A DNA stretch of 63,006 nt, counting the filler, from Octopus bimaculoides (lineage: Eukaryota): NCBI RefSeq assembly GCF_001194135.2. It is 5 parts of 5 records of this genome, joined end to end, with 100 filler letters (N's around TTAATTAATTAA, not from the genome) between each part and the next. Parts side by side here need not be neighbours in the genome. Positions count along the whole stretch, not along the records: positions 59,567 to 63,006 come from NC_069005.1; 4 more parts are not named here. The stretch is one strand, 5' to 3'. The position numbers and the translations under genes are program-made. Shown piece after piece: positions 62,035 to 63,006 of the stretch. Numbering within the stretch: position 1 is the first letter of the stretch; each line of letters starts with the position of its first letter. The notes under the pieces were generated by a model. That model saw only the letters and a list, made by a program, of their open reading frames with translations. It was not told where the DNA came from and did no database searches.

Positions 62035-62256
62035 ATTAATAGTTATCGCCAAGCCAACATGGCAGTCCCAAAAAATAGGACAAATGCTGCCGCTGATTAG
62101 CTCCAAGAGGCCATCGCGATGTGACACACGAACCTGTGTCTATTATAACCTTCGAACAGGGGAGGTCAGCCGCTTCCCCTTGCTGGTCTGGCATCTACAG
62201 ACTGGTTTCGGGGTATTGCCCCTTATCAATGTAGAGCAGCCGAACCCAGCAGGGTT
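62035..62256. mobile_element. Short non-coding repeat (Penelope pLTR or retrozyme-like) carrying a hammerhead
   Basis: ORF-less, GC-richer unit bounded by (TA)n runs; contains the hammerhead at 62194-62235. Confidence 0.55.
62194..62235 (-). ncRNA. Minimal type I hammerhead ribozyme, U3-A8 core variant
   Basis: Minus strand UCUACA-UUGAUAA-GGGG(CAAUA)CCCC-GAAA-C(CA)G-UC^UGUAGA. Helix I 6 bp perfect, helix II 4 bp perfect, GUC triplet. Confidence 0.75.
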
Positions 62257-62552
62257 ATATATATATATATAAACAAACACATACAAGTTCACGCCCACAT
62301 ACACACACATTCCTCCACCTACATAAGTACACACAAAAATTGCAATGCTAAGATATATATATGTATGTATGATACATACAGACATATGTACACGGATATA
62401 CATATGAAAAAACANNNNNNNNNNNNNNNNNNNNNNNNNNNNNNNNNNNNNNNNNNNNNNNNNNNNNNNNNNNNNNNNNNNNNNNNNNNNNNNNNNNNNN
62501 NNNNNNNNNNNNNNAACCATTGTCCAAGACCACTACAGATGATGGGTCAGGG

Positions 62553-63006
62553 ATGGCCACCGCTAACACCAGGAATCCCTGCACAGATATCACACCGATA
62601 TTCCTACTGAATATCCGGGGCCTATTACGAACAGGCGGCAAAGACAAGTTTCTATACCTGAAAGACCTAGTTACATGCAATCAAGCAATATGCATGGTGC
62701 TTACCGAAACGCATCTAACATCTAATATAGCAGATGCGGAGATAAACATACCAGAGTATGCCGTACTCCGAACAAACAGAAGGGATAGAAGTCATGGGGG
62801 AGTTGCAATGTACATCCGAGAAGATGTCACACCCCTACTACTCCTATCACTCAAACTCTGTCTGTGATACTTTAATAGTACCCATAAAACAAATTGATGT
62901 AGTTGTATGCTCAACATACCGTCCACCAAATACCGCAAAGCAGGAGGGTAAATTTGAGGACAGCCTCAGACACATAGAAGAGGTCTTGACAAATCTGGAC
63001 CAACAC
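62553..63006 (+). mobile_element. CR1/L2-group LINE AP-endonuclease N-terminus, frameshifted, runs off the window
   Basis: FLLNIRGL...MVLTETHL...EINIPEYAVLRTNR.DRSHGGVAMYIRE, then YRPP in a shifted frame. Confidence 0.88.

Overview
AT-rich, microsatellite- and transposon-dense animal genomic DNA. The repeat families and microsatellite load look like an octopus genome (inference from recall, not a database result). Four artificial 100-bp spacers (44 N + TTAATTAATTAA + 44 N at 5913-6012, 32198-32297, 56343-56442, 59467-59566) split the window into five joined pieces, so adjacency across them is unproven. Two spliced + strand genes were reconstructed by hand from GT-AG boundaries and intron phase. 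(1) Six exons (33275-38945, 413 codons, both ends missing) encode a PAN/apple-PAN/apple-sushi-GON protein. (2) The first nine coding exons of NDUFV1 (45017-54950, 284 codons) begin with a mitochondrial transit peptide; the 3' half is not in the window. The rest is mostly mobile DNA: two tRNA-type SINE families, Penelope-like elements, R4/Dong-like, RTE, L2-like, CR1-like, CRE-like and Tx1/L1-like LINE fragments, a Gypsy remnant with PPT and LTR, and hAT and Helentron-like pieces. Best leads: the protease-less GON protein; an ORF1-only retroelement with a 13-bp TSD inserted in a SINE tRNA head; several minimal hammerhead ribozymes, one with a compensatory U3-A8 core; a 114-bp-arm hairpin in NDUFV1 intron 1 with strongly sense-strand G.U-biased mismatches; and SINEs stacked in their own ATT tails. 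No rRNA, true tRNA or CRISPR array was found.
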